Shown here: one piece after another, positions 56,976 through 58,342 of the stretch | Layout: every line of letters begins with the position of its first letter | Position numbering within the stretch: position 1 is the first letter of the stretch | DNA from: Priapulus caudatus | Lineage: Eukaryota | Length of the DNA: 58,342 nucleotides | Assembly: GCF_000485595.1 (NCBI RefSeq) | Contig: NW_014577061.1 | Coordinates: 326,488 to 384,829 of the forward strand | Direction of reading: 5' to 3' | Program-made: the position numbers and the translations under genes | Notes under the pieces: model-generated | The model's database searches: none | What the model was told of the DNA's origin: nothing | Seen by the model: the letters and a program-made list of their open reading frames with translations, nothing else

Positions 56976-58237
56976 CTGCAGGCAACAACAAACACAGGTT
57001 CTGTGATGAATACATTTAATTTTAATTGTAGCTATATTTTTATTAGCTTCATGATCATTGTACGGAGCTTGAATGCTTTGGATGCAACAGACAGATTAAC
57101 ACATTTTAAAACACAGTTAAGCTAGGATACTCTCAAGGGTTTAGGCAAAATTTTACCAATTTTTCATTTTCGACTTTATTCGATGGCTATAACACTATGT
57201 GCCACCTCTGTATATGCTCATTTCTCCATATAACGGTACATGTGAACTTTTAGAGCGTTTTAATTGCCCGCGTACACGTGTAGTGAGCAGCAGCTGACGT
57301 CACTGATGACGACAGAGACATGAAACAACCAGAATTTTCATGATATTCACTAAGCCAGTATCATTCAGCATCAACCCTCCTACAGCTGCCATCTGCCAGT
57401 GATAGTTGAAATTGCCGCGCGACCGAAAATAGCCCCGTTTCCCTTGTTACACACCTTGCATTAAGGCGCGTGTTTAATTGTTGACACATAGCTAATTAGT
57501 AATGGCATGCAGTACACATCGTACGCGCGTTTTGCATGAAAGTGCGGTGGTAACCTCGTAATTTCTCACAATTTTTCAAGGTGCATGGAACATATTACCA
57601 ATTTAGTGGTGTCAGTTAGTCATGGATATGTCGCAGTAAGTACTAACAGTAGATATTGCACATACGTTCACCCATTTTGCACACAGGCGGTCAATCATTG
57701 TGAAAAATAGAAAAACGCTGATTTCTCCATTTTTATTTCTGACATAGTAGCCGATGTATAAATAGATATTTCTCTGTGATTACAACTCGGATTAATTTAA
57801 TTTTACACTCGTTTTAATGGTAACATATTGCTGTAAAAAATGTCGTAAGAGATTGTTATTAAGTGCCGTATTTTATTAGTTATGCCTCTTTATTCGCTAA
57901 AATTTTCAATTCTAACACAACTTGATTTTTAAGCAGTTTTTTCAATTTTTCTCGGTAAATATGAAACTTAAAGAAAAATCCTGATGCACTATGTTGGTCC
58001 ATATTGTGCTTAACATGTGGCAAAAATTTTGTATCCTCACTCTTTCTGGTAGTTGAGAAATATCCAAAATGCCATTTTTACATAACAAGAGCCGCGGAGC
58101 GTCTGGGCTCATCTGAGGTCTGTTGCTACGGTTATAAACGTAACATTTCAGTCGTGCATAATGATACCTTTGTTAGGCGCAGATATGCAGATACGCAGTT
58201 GCGTACACATCATTTCAGCAAACATTTTTTTTATTGC

Positions 58238-58278
58238 AGAGAGAGAGAGCGAGAGAGAGGAAGAGAGAGAGAGAGGGG

Positions 58279-58342
<64 letters not shown>
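58238..58342 (+). repeat. (GA)n microsatellite at the window end
   Basis: GA repeat. Confidence 0.95.

Noticed and set aside
57000..58237. Further upstream PSMG2 exons
   Set aside because: No segment with splice sites and PAC2-like translation was found; the region looks TE-derived.

Overview
Eukaryotic (metazoan, probably invertebrate; species cannot be determined from sequence alone) draft scaffold with five N-gaps and stretches that look like error-prone long-read fill (roughly 26.6-28.3 kb and 33-43 kb). Three spliced protein-coding genes can be rebuilt by hand with GT-AG introns and consistent phases. (1) MTG2/GTPBP5, the mitochondrial Obg-family GTPase: minus strand, 6 coding exons, 17725->12732, 392 aa. 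(2) PEDS1/TMEM189 (Kua), the plasmanylethanolamine desaturase: plus strand, 5 exons, 21434->49970, 279 aa, head-to-head with MTG2. (3) The last four exons of PSMG2 (proteasome assembly chaperone 2): minus strand, 56975->54822, convergent with PEDS1, 5' part not found in the window. The rest is dense, often nested mobile DNA: MITEs with 9-, 8-, 6- and 5-bp target-site duplications (TSDs), Helentron-type elements with internal satellites, a Helitron-like element, a tRNA-derived SINE, a Vingi/Ingi-like LINE remnant, hAT and THAP remnants, solo-LTR candidates, and mini-/microsatellites. The most unusual observations are: tandem duplications of the PEDS1 last-exon splice acceptor that create decoy exons lacking the final His box; a 9-bp-TSD MITE set that combines a tRNA-like Pol III module with (TTAGGG)n and has swapped terminal inverted repeats (TIRs); and a 2.8-kb CACTG-ended, 8-bp-TSD element containing an inverted copy of nearby DNA plus a 140-bp higher-order minisatellite. 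No prokaryotic-type system (CRISPR, operon) is supported.
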